Shown here: piece after piece, positions 19,255 to 29,900 of the stretch
How positions within the stretch are numbered: the stretch's first letter is position 1
Layout: every line of letters starts with the position of its first letter
NCBI GenBank assembly: GCA_965197525.1
Contig: OZ240211.1
Span: forward strand, 416,001-480,000
Reading direction: 5' to 3'
Origin: Nitrosopumilus sp.
GTDB taxonomy: Archaea; Thermoproteota; Nitrososphaeria; Nitrososphaerales; Nitrosopumilaceae
Length of the DNA stretch: 64,000 bases
Notes under the pieces: model-generated
What the model was told of the DNA's origin: nothing
Database searches by the model: none
What the model saw: only the letters and a program-made list of their open reading frames with translations
Position numbers and translations under genes: made by a program

Positions 19255-19719
19255 TCACGTATCCTCAATCAGCACCTTGAGATTCTCAAGTGAGTGTTTG
19301 TAAAAGGATTTCAAAGACGCGTAAAAATCACAGAATTCAACGGAAGTCATGGAGTGGCTATTAAAATAGGACTGCCATTGTAGTCTCACCGTATTACCAG
19401 ACAAGGGTCTAATGGATAATGTTGCAACATATGCTCGTAATGGCAGTCCATGCGTTGCAACATATGTAAAAGATTCATCGCTATTCCATGCAACAACATG
19501 CTCTTCAACAATATTACCATCTGCAAATGATATCAGCCGTACTGCCCCAATACCGCGTGTCTTCTTTGAGATACATGTAACCTTAGTTACACCATCTGCC
19601 CAAGCTGCCAATCCCATAACATTGCTAATATGTTGCCAAACCTGCTCTTGTGATGCATTGATTTTGATAGTTTGTTTAAGCATGTCGGTATGAAATGATT
19701 TTTTTGGTTTACGAGTCAC
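19255..19719 (-). CDS. SRPBCC/polyketide cyclase-family protein
   Basis: INASQEQVWQHISN...W...GIGAVR...EEHVVAWN...FTY fits the START-like fold. Confidence 0.85.
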   Translation of the reverse strand: MTRKPKKSFHTDMLKQTIKINASQEQVWQHISNVMGLAAWADGVTKVTCISKKTRGIGAVRLISFADGNIVEEHVVAWNSDESFTYVATHGLPLRAYVATLSIRPLSGNTVRLQWQSYFNSHSMTSVEFCDFYASLKSFYKHSLENLKVLIEDT

Positions 19720-19726
19720 AATATTA

Positions 19727-21014
19727 GGTTCTGTGAAGTTATCGGGAGTTAACCCCTATAACTCGACTTTGACATATCGACTATTCGGATTACCAATGGT
19801 GTGCTGGGTTCCGTCATCGCCTGCTCAAAAGTGCCGGACTGTGCTTCACATATGTCATCTCTACTGCCCCTAAACCTAGGGGGCAGTTTGCGTGATATGT
19901 TCATGGCAGCGATGATGTCCCTGTCCATAAACAAACCGCAATTATTACACGACAATTTACGATGTTGTTGCATGTCCTCTTGGAGTCTCTTTCCGCATTG
20001 CGGACACTGCGTGCTCGTGTTTCTTGGGTCTACTGTCTCGACTGGAGGTAGTCCGACCCATTGGGCTTTGTATTCTACTTGGCGTTGTAACTCGTAGAAT
20101 TGCCACCCGTTCAATCTACGTCTGTACTTGTTACCTTGAGTGTTTCCTTTTCGGTACAATTTTCTTATTCCTTTCAGGTTTTCCATGACGATTGCAGTCT
20201 TGTTTTTGACTGCGTTGTCTACTATATCCTTTGAGATTCTGTGGATGTACTGCTTTGCTCTGTTAGTCAGTCTTCTCTGTTTTTCCTTGTAGAACTGATT
20301 TTTCTTCCTGCGGTCATTTCTGTGGAAGCCTGCCCTGGCGTGTATTGTGTTCTCCTTTATGGATAACAGTTTGTTTGTCTTGTAGACTGTCACCTCTTCC
20401 TCGTTCCCGCACGTCACATTTCTTAGGTTTCTGTCTATTCCCACTTGATTGGTGCACTCTATCTCTTGTACTTTTTTTGAAACACAAAGACTGATGTTGA
20501 GAGCAGTCAATGAAAACGAGTGCACCGTCAAGGCGGGATCAGATAGGATTTTTTGGGTGTGATCGTTGAGCAAAATGCTGATTGGGTTATGTTTCTTGTA
20601 TGGGATTGTTAGTAGTGCACCGTTGTGTTTTATGCCGTAACAGTTTGTCATAAAGGGATTTTTGAGTATTGGGTCTCTTATTCTGACACCTCGTTTGATT
20701 GATTGTTTTCTGTTTGATAATATGCCTGCAGCTCTTGATATTGCACATATCTTGTATGTTGATAAAATGCCATAGTTACGTAATTCATGATAACATAACA
20801 TGGACAACCTCTTCATATTGTGAGTGTCTTCTTTCAACCCTATCTTGATGCAATGATTGACCATCTTTGTGAATATAGCCATCATATCCATTAGATCAGA
20901 GTTTTGCGCATATTTCTGTGATATTGACTTTATCGCTTTCAACGAATATCTTACGGTTTAGAGGTTTATACATTTTAGGAATTGACATATAACTCCCGAT
21001 AACTTCACAGAACC
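19727..21014 (-). mobile_element. TIR-bounded tnpB element, copy 2 (1288 bp), with 8-bp TSD
   Basis: Perfect 25-bp TIR GGTTCTGTGAAGTTATCGGGAGTTA at 19727-19751 and, reverse-complemented, at 20990-21014. CAATATTA at 19719-19726 and 21015-21022. Confidence 0.95.
19749..20942 (-). CDS. tnpB: TnpB RNA-guided endonuclease (copy 2, intact)
   Basis: VGIDRNL, VMENL, CPQC...CNNC and DRDIIAAMNI. 397 aa. Confidence 0.94.
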   Translation of the reverse strand: MKAIKSISQKYAQNSDLMDMMAIFTKMVNHCIKIGLKEDTHNMKRLSMLCYHELRNYGILSTYKICAISRAAGILSNRKQSIKRGVRIRDPILKNPFMTNCYGIKHNGALLTIPYKKHNPISILLNDHTQKILSDPALTVHSFSLTALNISLCVSKKVQEIECTNQVGIDRNLRNVTCGNEEEVTVYKTNKLLSIKENTIHARAGFHRNDRRKKNQFYKEKQRRLTNRAKQYIHRISKDIVDNAVKNKTAIVMENLKGIRKLYRKGNTQGNKYRRRLNGWQFYELQRQVEYKAQWVGLPPVETVDPRNTSTQCPQCGKRLQEDMQQHRKLSCNNCGLFMDRDIIAAMNISRKLPPRFRGSRDDICEAQSGTFEQAMTEPSTPLVIRIVDMSKSSYRG

Positions 21015-21365
21015 CAATATTACAAAAAATGAGAGGAATTTTAAATTTTATTCTAGTAAAAACAAGGATATTTTACGTTTATTCGTTTACCGTTGTGCTT
21101 GGTTCTTGAATCACAATACATCAAAAACAGAATCACAGTTTAACATAAAAAAAAGTGCCATAGCAGTCAGAATTCATACATGTGCTACTTGTCTTCCATC
21201 GTGCGTTGCCTGAGAGCGAAGATCAACAAAAGAGACAAAACTGAAATTTGTAATTTATGATTTATCAAACTGCTGTACCTAGTATCAACCTGTGTTCTCA
21301 GAGTCAGGCATAACATCGCACTAGACAAAAACAACTATTTTTAATCCCTAATAACAAATAGCAGT

Positions 21366-22652
21366 ATGGTATTTGGGTGGGGTAAAAAAAAGCAAGAAAA
21401 CCCAATGTTTGTAGAAGAAGAGCTGCCAAAAGTCAAAGAGATCACACTAGACAACATACCAGATATCGTATCAGAGGTAGAAGAACTGCGTAAGACACAG
21501 ACGCTATCTGATGTCAACACTCTAAGAAACAACACCAACCCACTAATTGATGACCTAATAAAGATAGGCAACCTCTTAGAAAAAGATGACTTGGACGTCG
21601 ATGATATTGACAGACATCTTGCAATAATCGTAGTTAGAGGAAAAAAACAGGTAATTGACATCATCAAAAAAGGCGTGGTGCCACTGCCAAAAATATCAAC
21701 ACTTGATGATGCCAAAAAACTAGATCATCTGTTAAATCAGATTCTTAAAAAAGTAGGCGACATACTAGGAAGACAGACAAGAGTGATACACATATTTGCA
21801 AAAAAATATGCAAACCAACTAAAAGATAATCTAGAGGTTATGCAGACAAATCATAAAGAGATTAACAAATTATTAAAGAATTTTGAAGCTACAAAACTAT
21901 TGGCAAAAGACATACGTGATACGATAACTCAAATAAACGATCTGACCAATACACATAAAGAAAAATCTCAAAAAATTATAAATGCAGGCACGAATATAAA
22001 ATCAATAAAAGAAGATTTAGCAAACGTACAGAGTTCTATCGAGAAAATATATTCATCAGACCAGTACAAGAAATATCAGGATTTAAAGGATACAATAGAT
22101 GCATATAGTAAACAAAAAAGAATTCTGCGAGAGATGATCAACTCTCAATTTACAAAGATATCACGCCCATTGAGCAGGTATCAGTATGGATCAGCATTGG
22201 AAAAGGAACAAAAACAGTTGTTAACAGAACTAACAGTAGATCCATTTGATGTAATGACAGTGCAAGACAAAGACATGATAGTTACAATACTAGAAAATAT
22301 TCAAAAAGGGGTAAAGTCGGGTTCCATATCTGTAAAAGATGCAGACAAGACGCAGCTCCAAATAACAGAGACAAAAGAGAGCATAGACGGATTCGTACAG
22401 CAGGTATCAGGATACCACAAGAGATACTCAGAGCTGCAAGAACAACTCGATGCGCTACAACCTAAAAACTTGGATTCTCTAAAAAAAGAGATTGCAAGAA
22501 TCACCTCGTTGCAAGAACAGACAATACTCAAATCCAAGGTATTACAAGAGGAGATATCAGAGATTGACTCTAACATTCCAAAACTCGTAGCACGGATAGA
22601 AAAGAAGACAAGAGAGTTGTCAAATGTCAGATATAAAATAACAATAAATTAA
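21366..22652 (+). CDS. Coiled-coil hypothetical protein
   Basis: 428-aa Lys/Glu-rich helical ORF with no Walker motifs. Confidence 0.75.
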   Translation: MVFGWGKKKQENPMFVEEELPKVKEITLDNIPDIVSEVEELRKTQTLSDVNTLRNNTNPLIDDLIKIGNLLEKDDLDVDDIDRHLAIIVVRGKKQVIDIIKKGVVPLPKISTLDDAKKLDHLLNQILKKVGDILGRQTRVIHIFAKKYANQLKDNLEVMQTNHKEINKLLKNFEATKLLAKDIRDTITQINDLTNTHKEKSQKIINAGTNIKSIKEDLANVQSSIEKIYSSDQYKKYQDLKDTIDAYSKQKRILREMINSQFTKISRPLSRYQYGSALEKEQKQLLTELTVDPFDVMTVQDKDMIVTILENIQKGVKSGSISVKDADKTQLQITETKESIDGFVQQVSGYHKRYSELQEQLDALQPKNLDSLKKEIARITSLQEQTILKSKVLQEEISEIDSNIPKLVARIEKKTRELSNVRYKITIN

Positions 22653-22659
22653 ATTACTT

Positions 22660-23082
22660 TTGAGGGTACATTCAGATATGTTATTTAAAAAGAGAGAGTT
22701 CAAGCGCGAGGTACATCTAGAGAAGGACGTAGCAGATAGCATATTATCGTTTTGTAAGATAAAGCATCCAAATGAAGGAGTTTTGATACTAAAGGGCAAG
22801 TCAAAATATGGCAAGATACTAGTGAATGGACTAGTGATACCCCCATTTAGCGAGACAGGCCCCACATTTGCAGGATTCCCCCACTCGTTTCTTCCGTTTG
22901 ATATGAGCTATGTGGGGATGGTCCACTCTCATCCTAGCGGTTCAGCAGAACCGTCTGTAACTGACTTGCATAACTTTTTTGGACTAGTCTCAGTAATAGT
23001 AAGATCACCTTACAACGATGACTCAATATTTGCGTGGGATAGTGGTGGAAATTCCATACCACTATCAATCAAAGACAAATAA
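22660..23082 (+). CDS. JAMM/MPN (Mov34) metalloprotease
   Basis: HPNE...VGMVHSHPSGSAEPSVTD JAMM motif. Confidence 0.9.
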   Translation: MRVHSDMLFKKREFKREVHLEKDVADSILSFCKIKHPNEGVLILKGKSKYGKILVNGLVIPPFSETGPTFAGFPHSFLPFDMSYVGMVHSHPSGSAEPSVTDLHNFFGLVSVIVRSPYNDDSIFAWDSGGNSIPLSIKDK

Positions 23083-23126
23083 AACTGAATAAACTTTATA
23101 TTCTTTTTGAAGTTATATGAAACAAG

Positions 23127-23471
23127 TTGTTTAGCTATAAAACATATCTACTGTTCTTATTTGCATCTCTAGCTATAAGCATTGGTCTACAGATAATACT
23201 GCCATTCCCATGGGGTCTAGTAATAGCATTAGGGTTATTTATCGCATTTCCACTATTCCTAAGAAAACGATACATGAGCAGGATGCGAGGTTACGGAGGA
23301 AGTAGCTCTACTGGTAACAATGGCAGTGGCAGCGGCGGAGGAGGTTTCTTTGGCCTAGGTTCACAAGGCGGTGCAGGAAATGTAAAATATATCTGTCTTG
23401 TATGCAACAATAAACACAAAGGCGGTACATGTCCCCGCTGTGGTTCAAAGATGCAAAGAGCCGACTTTTAA
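23127..23471 (+). CDS. Small membrane protein with C-terminal Zn ribbon
   Basis: Two TM helices, Gly-rich linker, CLVC...CPRC. Confidence 0.7.
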   Translation: MFSYKTYLLFLFASLAISIGLQIILPFPWGLVIALGLFIAFPLFLRKRYMSRMRGYGGSSSTGNNGSGSGGGGFFGLGSQGGAGNVKYICLVCNNKHKGGTCPRCGSKMQRADF

Positions 23472-23486
23472 TAAATGTGAATAACA

Positions 23487-23801
23487 ATGTCCTTGGATGA
23501 AATTCGTAAAAAGGTGATATTTCACAATTCGATAGATGTATGGATTTCAACATGTTTTGAGAGAGGCACAGATTGGAGAGATCCTCAAGATTATAAGAGA
23601 TTCATTGCGTATCTCTTGGAGAACAATCTAAATCTAAAGGCATTTAATCTATGTGCGCATGAGGCAGGAGCAACTGAGGATGAGAAGACACGGTTCGTAG
23701 ATCAGTTGGCTCTAACAAAACAAGAGGACCCAAACTCTTTAACATATACAATAAAGCTAAACGATGCTGCTTTGAGTATTATTCGCAGTTATAAGACATA
23801 G
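23487..23801 (+). CDS. Hypothetical protein
   Basis: 104-aa ORF co-oriented with its neighbours. Confidence 0.65.
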   Translation: MSLDEIRKKVIFHNSIDVWISTCFERGTDWRDPQDYKRFIAYLLENNLNLKAFNLCAHEAGATEDEKTRFVDQLALTKQEDPNSLTYTIKLNDAALSIIRSYKT

Positions 23802-25214
23802 TCATCGTTTTAGTTTTGGATTAACTATTGAATCAAGTGCGTTTCCTATAAAGACAAAAGCCAGTCCGGTTATCGCAATCATCACTCCGGGAGGTACAAT
23901 CCACCACCACAATCCACGTGCCGCTGCACCAAAAGTGTTGGCATCATGCAGTATTTGGCCCCAAGTTGGAAACGAAGGATCACCCAAGCCTAAAAAGCTA
24001 AGACCAGCTTCGGTGGTAATGGCTGCAGGCACAGAGATTGCAATGCTTGCAAAAGCATATGGCAATAGTTGTGGTACAATGTGTCGCAGTATAATCTTGG
24101 AATCTTTTTGACCCATCATGGTTGCAGCATCCACATAACCATGAGTCTTGATTTGAAGAGATATGCTTCTTGCCACCTTTGCTATTCCTACCCATCCAAA
24201 GATCATCAAAAATCCCACCATCAAGAAGATACTATTACTTATTGTAACTGAGAGTATTATCAAGAATGGTAATGCAGGTAACGCATAAATGACGTCATTG
24301 AACCGCATCATCATCTCGTCAACGGTTTTACCCTTGTATCCAGCATACACACCGTAAAGTAACCCCATGATTACTGATGCTATTGATACCACAAGTCCGA
24401 TAAATAATGCCAGTGGTGTTCCCCAAAGTAATCCTATGGCCAAGTCTCGACGTAGTTCATCTGTACCCATAACACCAAATGCCTTACCACCTATGATTAG
24501 TTCAGATTCAGTTATGGCGTCATCAGGATTTATACTAAACAGATTTACATAAAATGTATAGTCGCCTTTAAGGGATGTATTGTGCACAGTATCAGAGAAT
24601 ATGATATCCTCAACTGACAATTGATCAAGTGAAAACCCAAAGTTTTGTGATTGTAGTGACAGATTTTTCTTTATTGCAGCATCAGTTGAAAACACTCTCT
24701 CATCATGGATAGTTTCCGTATCAGAATACGGAAGAGATGTAGATATTAAGTCAAGGGTTATGCCGTCTGGTCGCATAACTGACATTTGCAGAAGAGGAGA
24801 ACCAGAATACATAGATGAGAATTCATAGATAAAGTCATTTGGAAAGTCGTCATAGTCAAAATTCACCCCAAACCGGTGAGACGTGAGTGTAATCTCTTGC
24901 TGCGATACGACCTCAATGTTAGGTTGAGTTAAAATCGTGTGCTCAGGTATCTTGTCTGTCAAAAATATGTTGACCCACACAGGAATTGCAGTCTTGGGAT
25001 TGGCAATCCAGCTCTCAGGATTATTCCACTCTTGGAGTGTATGAATCGGAATCGTAACAAGAGCAATTACAGATACCGCAATCAAAATCATAAGAATTGT
25101 AATTCCCGCAATCCCCATCTTGCTTTTGAGAAACTCTTGCTTGATCTCGTTTGTAGTTATATTGCCACCACTGTTACTACTGCTGATACTGCCACCGGTA
25201 CTACTAGCACTCAT
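23802..25214 (-). CDS. Peptide/nickel ABC transporter permease (DppC/OppC-like)
   Basis: GTDELRRDL, EAA-like loop YVDAATMMG...IILRHIVP, and EAGLSFLGLG. Confidence 0.92.
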   Translation of the reverse strand: MSASSTGGSISSSNSGGNITTNEIKQEFLKSKMGIAGITILMILIAVSVIALVTIPIHTLQEWNNPESWIANPKTAIPVWVNIFLTDKIPEHTILTQPNIEVVSQQEITLTSHRFGVNFDYDDFPNDFIYEFSSMYSGSPLLQMSVMRPDGITLDLISTSLPYSDTETIHDERVFSTDAAIKKNLSLQSQNFGFSLDQLSVEDIIFSDTVHNTSLKGDYTFYVNLFSINPDDAITESELIIGGKAFGVMGTDELRRDLAIGLLWGTPLALFIGLVVSIASVIMGLLYGVYAGYKGKTVDEMMMRFNDVIYALPALPFLIILSVTISNSIFLMVGFLMIFGWVGIAKVARSISLQIKTHGYVDAATMMGQKDSKIILRHIVPQLLPYAFASIAISVPAAITTEAGLSFLGLGDPSFPTWGQILHDANTFGAAARGLWWWIVPPGVMIAITGLAFVFIGNALDSIVNPKLKR

Positions 25215-26266
25215 TGTCCTCGCCTAACTCTTGGATCAAAATAACCATAAAGTAGATCTGCGATAAATATACTGATCAAAAAGAACACAGTAAGTATGTA
25301 TGTAGCACCAATAATTACAGGAAGATCCATGACAGTTATTGCTTCAAAGTATAATCTGCCCATCCCAGGCCAGTCAAATACTGCCTCTGTGATTATGGCA
25401 CCGCCCAGAGAACCTGACAAACTGAGTGCCAGAATTGTAACGATTGGAGGAGCTGCATTTCTTAAAGCATGTCTGTAAATTATATTCTTGGGTTTAATTC
25501 CAATTGTTTTTTTTGCCATAATGAAATCTTCTTGCATAACGCCTACCATGAAATTGCGTACAAGATATGCCCATGCACCAAAACCGATCATTACAATTGT
25601 AATCAACGGTAAGGCCATGTGATATAGCAAAGAGCCAATGTATCCAGGATCAGATATTGGAATGTCAGGTGTTGCCCGTGCCGGAAATATTTGATATGTA
25701 AATGCAAACAAGAATATCATCAGCATGCCAATCCACCATACAGGAAAACTGGAACTGATAACTGCAAAACTTGATGTGATCCTATCAATCAATGAGCCGA
25801 CCTTGCTACTTGATAATGCTCCTAGAAATATCCCAATTACAGATATTATAATGGTTGCAGTGGTAAATAGCAATATGGTTCGTGGAAGTTTCTCAAAGAG
25901 TATGTCTTGTACGTTAGAGGATCCCTCATCACTTGTAAGGAACGTCGCATGTCCGAAATCTAATAACATGATCTTGTACATGGTGACACCTATTCTTTGA
26001 GGAGAGTACCACGGTTCATCCAATCCCAGAATTTGAATTCTAGTATCTATCTGAGCCTGAATATATTCCTCAAACTCTTCAACTGAAGAAAAACTCTCAG
26101 CTATAGCAGGATTATCAGTTACTTCTGTCCTCACTTGAAATGCAACACCCTGCTTTAAGATAGTATCCATATTAGAGCCTACAAGGGATATAGTTAGCAA
26201 TAATGTTATAATTAGAACACCGAACATAGTGGCAGCGCGTGTGGCAATGTATTTTTTGATACCCAA
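25211..26266 (-). CDS. Peptide/nickel ABC transporter permease (DppB/OppB-like)
   Basis: EDFIMAKKTIG...HALRNA...GAIITEAVFDWPGMGRL. Confidence 0.93.
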   Translation of the reverse strand: MGIKKYIATRAATMFGVLIITLLLTISLVGSNMDTILKQGVAFQVRTEVTDNPAIAESFSSVEEFEEYIQAQIDTRIQILGLDEPWYSPQRIGVTMYKIMLLDFGHATFLTSDEGSSNVQDILFEKLPRTILLFTTATIIISVIGIFLGALSSSKVGSLIDRITSSFAVISSSFPVWWIGMLMIFLFAFTYQIFPARATPDIPISDPGYIGSLLYHMALPLITIVMIGFGAWAYLVRNFMVGVMQEDFIMAKKTIGIKPKNIIYRHALRNAAPPIVTILALSLSGSLGGAIITEAVFDWPGMGRLYFEAITVMDLPVIIGATYILTVFFLISIFIADLLYGYFDPRVRRGQ

Positions 26267-26372
26267 TAACCTATGACGATGTAATCGGGTTTATAATAAT
26301 AGCCATAGCCAATGATTAGCGTTATTTCCCATAGTTTAATTACTGTAAAAAAACACCATGTGTTAGAAAGAC

Positions 26373-26714
26373 ATGTCATTTGATAGGGAAAGAGAAATGT
26401 TTGATGCGAAATGTGGAGATTGTGGAAACGATTGTCAGATACCATTCCAGCCCAAAGAGGACAGACCTGTTTATTGCAGGGAGTGCTTCCAAAATCATAG
26501 GCCTGCACCAAGATCAGGAGGCGGTAGATTTGGGAGACAGGGAGGCTATGGTGGCGACAGAGGTTCGAGATTTGGGAGACGAGATCGCAGACCGCGTGAA
26601 ATGTTTGATGCGAAATGTGGAGATTGTGGAAACGATTGTCAGATACCATTCCAGCCCAAAGAGGACAGACCTGTTTATTGCAGGGAGTGCTTCCAAAACC
26701 ACAAACAGTATTGA
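26373..26714 (+). CDS. CxxC-x17-CxxC domain protein, two identical domains around an RG-rich linker
   Basis: REMFDAKCGDCGNDCQIPFQPKEDRPVYCRECFQNH occurs twice. Confidence 0.88.
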   Translation: MSFDREREMFDAKCGDCGNDCQIPFQPKEDRPVYCRECFQNHRPAPRSGGGRFGRQGGYGGDRGSRFGRRDRRPREMFDAKCGDCGNDCQIPFQPKEDRPVYCRECFQNHKQY

Positions 26715-26917
26715 TGAATAGTTTTCAGGAATTATTAAAATTCTCCAATATTATATTTTAAACCAGATTTACAAAAAATCATCTACATATCATGTATATT
26801 TGAATAGGAAATACAGCTCGTTTAGGATCAGGTACTTGACATATTATTATATGGCATTTGCAGGAATAGCGTACATCATCTCCTAGTGTAATAAAACATT
26901 ACATCATCTATGTATTG

Positions 26918-29900
26918 CTATGTGTTGTCAGTATTGACAGTATACGTATGGTCTACTCCAGTGGTGGCAGTATCAGTTAGAGGATTATCTGCAGAATCCT
27001 CGATGCCGTGGTTTTGTACAAGATCAAGGTTGTATGTCCCGTCACTTGATGCAGAGACTGTCACAAAGTACTGGCTGCCAGAACCGGATATGGAGGTTAC
27101 AGGACTGGGAACATCGGTGGTATCACCATAATTAATTGTGAGTGTCCAGCTGTTCAGAACGCCATAATCTTCATAGAGATAGTTATCGTTGATCTTCAGC
27201 GTCCATGTTCCCGATATTGAGGTGCCGTTAAAATTTGGTGTGTATGTAGCTACTATGTCGTCTGAACTACCACCTGAACGGTTGTGTAACGTTTTGGTTG
27301 TACCGTCGGGGGCAACCAAATCTACCTTTAGATCACCAATGTATGTATGAGTAATGTTTAGGTTAACTGAAACTGATGTAACATTTCCAGAATTAGACAC
27401 TGCTATAGTATCAATAATGTCTTGATTACCTGCTATGATAGTTGATGGTGATTCGGTCTGAGTGAACTGGCCAGTACCAGTACCCGGGTCAGAGCCACCC
27501 GTGCTATCAGAAGACAGGACAAAGTCAGACTGGGTTACACCGGTCACTGCCTCACTAAAGGTTACCTCGTAGACTAGTGTCTGGCTGTCAGTAGTTGCAG
27601 CAACAGGATTGTATCTCTCAATTGATGTGAGTGTTGGTGCTGTGGTATCAGCAGGTACCGTGTTGACAGTATATGTCTGGTCTACTCCAGTGGTGGCAGT
27701 ATCAGTTAGAGGATTATCTGCAGAATCCTCGATGCCGTGGTTTTGTACAAGATCAAGGTTGTATGTCCCGTCACTTGATGCAGAGACCGTCACAAAGTAC
27801 TGGCTGCCAGAACCGGATATGGAGGTTACAGGATTAGCAGCACCCGTGCTATCAGAAGACAGGACAAATTCAGACTGGGTTACACCGGTCACTGCCTCAC
27901 TAAAGGTTACCTCGTAGACTAGTGTCTGGCTGTCAGTAGTTGCAGCAACAGGATTGTATCTCTCAATTGATGTGAGTGTTGGTGCTGTGGTATCAGCAGG
28001 TACCGTGTTGACCGTGTAGGTGTGGTCTACTCCAGTGGTGGCAGTATCAGTTAGAGGATTATCTGCAGAATCCTCGATGCCGTGGTTTTGTACAAGATCA
28101 AGGTTGTATGTCCCGTCACTTGATGCAGAGACCGTCACAAAGTACTGGCTGCCAGAACCGGATATGGAGGTTACAGGATTAGCAGCACCCGTGCTATCAG
28201 AAGACAGGACAAAGTCAGACTGGGTTACACCGGTCACTGCCTCACTAAAGGTTACCTCGTAGACTAGTGTCTGGCTGTCAGTAGTTGCAGCAACAGGATT
28301 GTATCTCTCAATTGATGTGAGTGTTGGTGCTGTGGTATCAGCAGGTACCGTGTTGACAGTATATGTCTGGTCTACTCCAGTGGTGGCAGTATCAGTTAGA
28401 GGATTATCTGCAGAATCCTCGATGCCGTGGTTTTGTACAAGATCAAGGTTGTATGTCCCGTCACTTGATGCAGAGACTGTCACAAAGTACTGGCTGCCAG
28501 AACCGGATATGGAGGTTACAGGACTGGGAACATCGGTGGTATCACCATAATTAATTGTGAGTGTCCAGCTGTTCAGAACGCCGTCATCTGCAGATGGAAA
28601 ATTGTCGTTGATCTTCAGCGTCCATGTTCCCGATATTGAGGTGCCGTTAAAATTTGGTGTGTATGTAGCAACTATGTCGTCTGAACTACCACCTGAACTG
28701 TTGTGTAACGTTTTGGTTGTACCGTCGGGGGCAACCAAATCTACCTTTAGATCACCAATGTATGTATGAGTAATGTTTAGGTTAACTGAAACTGATGTAA
28801 CATTTCCAGAATTAGACACTGCTATAGTATCAATAATGTCTTGATTACCTGCTATGATAGTTGATGGTGATTCGGTCTGAGTGAACTGGCCAGTACCAGT
28901 ACCCGGGTCAGAGCCACCCGTGCTATCAGAAGACAGGACAAAGTCAGACTGGGTTACACCGGTCACTGCCTCACTAAAGGTTACCTCGTAGACTAGTGTC
29001 TGGCTGTCAGTAGTTGCAGCAACAGGATTGTATCTCTCAATTGATGTGAGTGTTGGTGCTGTGGTATCAGCAGGTACCGTGTTGACAGTATATGTCTGGT
29101 CTACTCCAGTGGTGGCAGTATCAGTTAGAGGATTATCTGCAGAATCCTCGATGCCGTGGTTTTGTACAAGATCAAGGTTGTATGTCCCGTCACTTGATGC
29201 AGAGACCGTCACAAAGTACTGGCTGCCAGAACCGGATATGGAGGTTACAGGACTGGGAACATCGGTGGTATCACCATAATTAATTGTGAGTGTCCAGCTG
29301 TTCAGAACGCCGTCATCTGCAGATGGAAAATTGTCGTTGATCTTCAGCGTCCATGTTCCCGATATTGAGGTGCCGTTAAAATTTGGTGTGTATGTAGCAA
29401 CTATGTCGTCTGAACTACCACCTGAACTGTTGTGTAACGTTTTGGTTGTACCGTCGGGGGCAACCAAATCTACCTTTAGATCACCAATGTATGTATGAGT
29501 AATGTTTAGGTTAACTGAAACTGATGTAACATTTCCAGAATTAGACACTGCTATAGTATCAATAATGTCTTGATTACCTGCTATGATAGTTGATGGTGAT
29601 TCGGTCTGAGTGAACTGGCCAGTACCAGTACCCGGGTCAGAGCCACCCGTGCTATCAGAAGACAGGACAAAGTCAGACTGGGTTACACCGGTCACTGCCT
29701 CACTAAAGGTTACCTCGTAGACTAGTGTCTGGCTGTCAGTAGTTGCAGCAGCAGCAGGATTGTATCTCTCAATTGATGTGAGTGTTGGTGCTGTGGTATC
29801 AGCAGGTACCGTGTTGACAGTATATGTCTGGTCTACTCCAGTGGTGGCAGTATCAGTTAGAGGATTATCTGCAGAATCCTCGATGCCGTGGTTTTGTACA

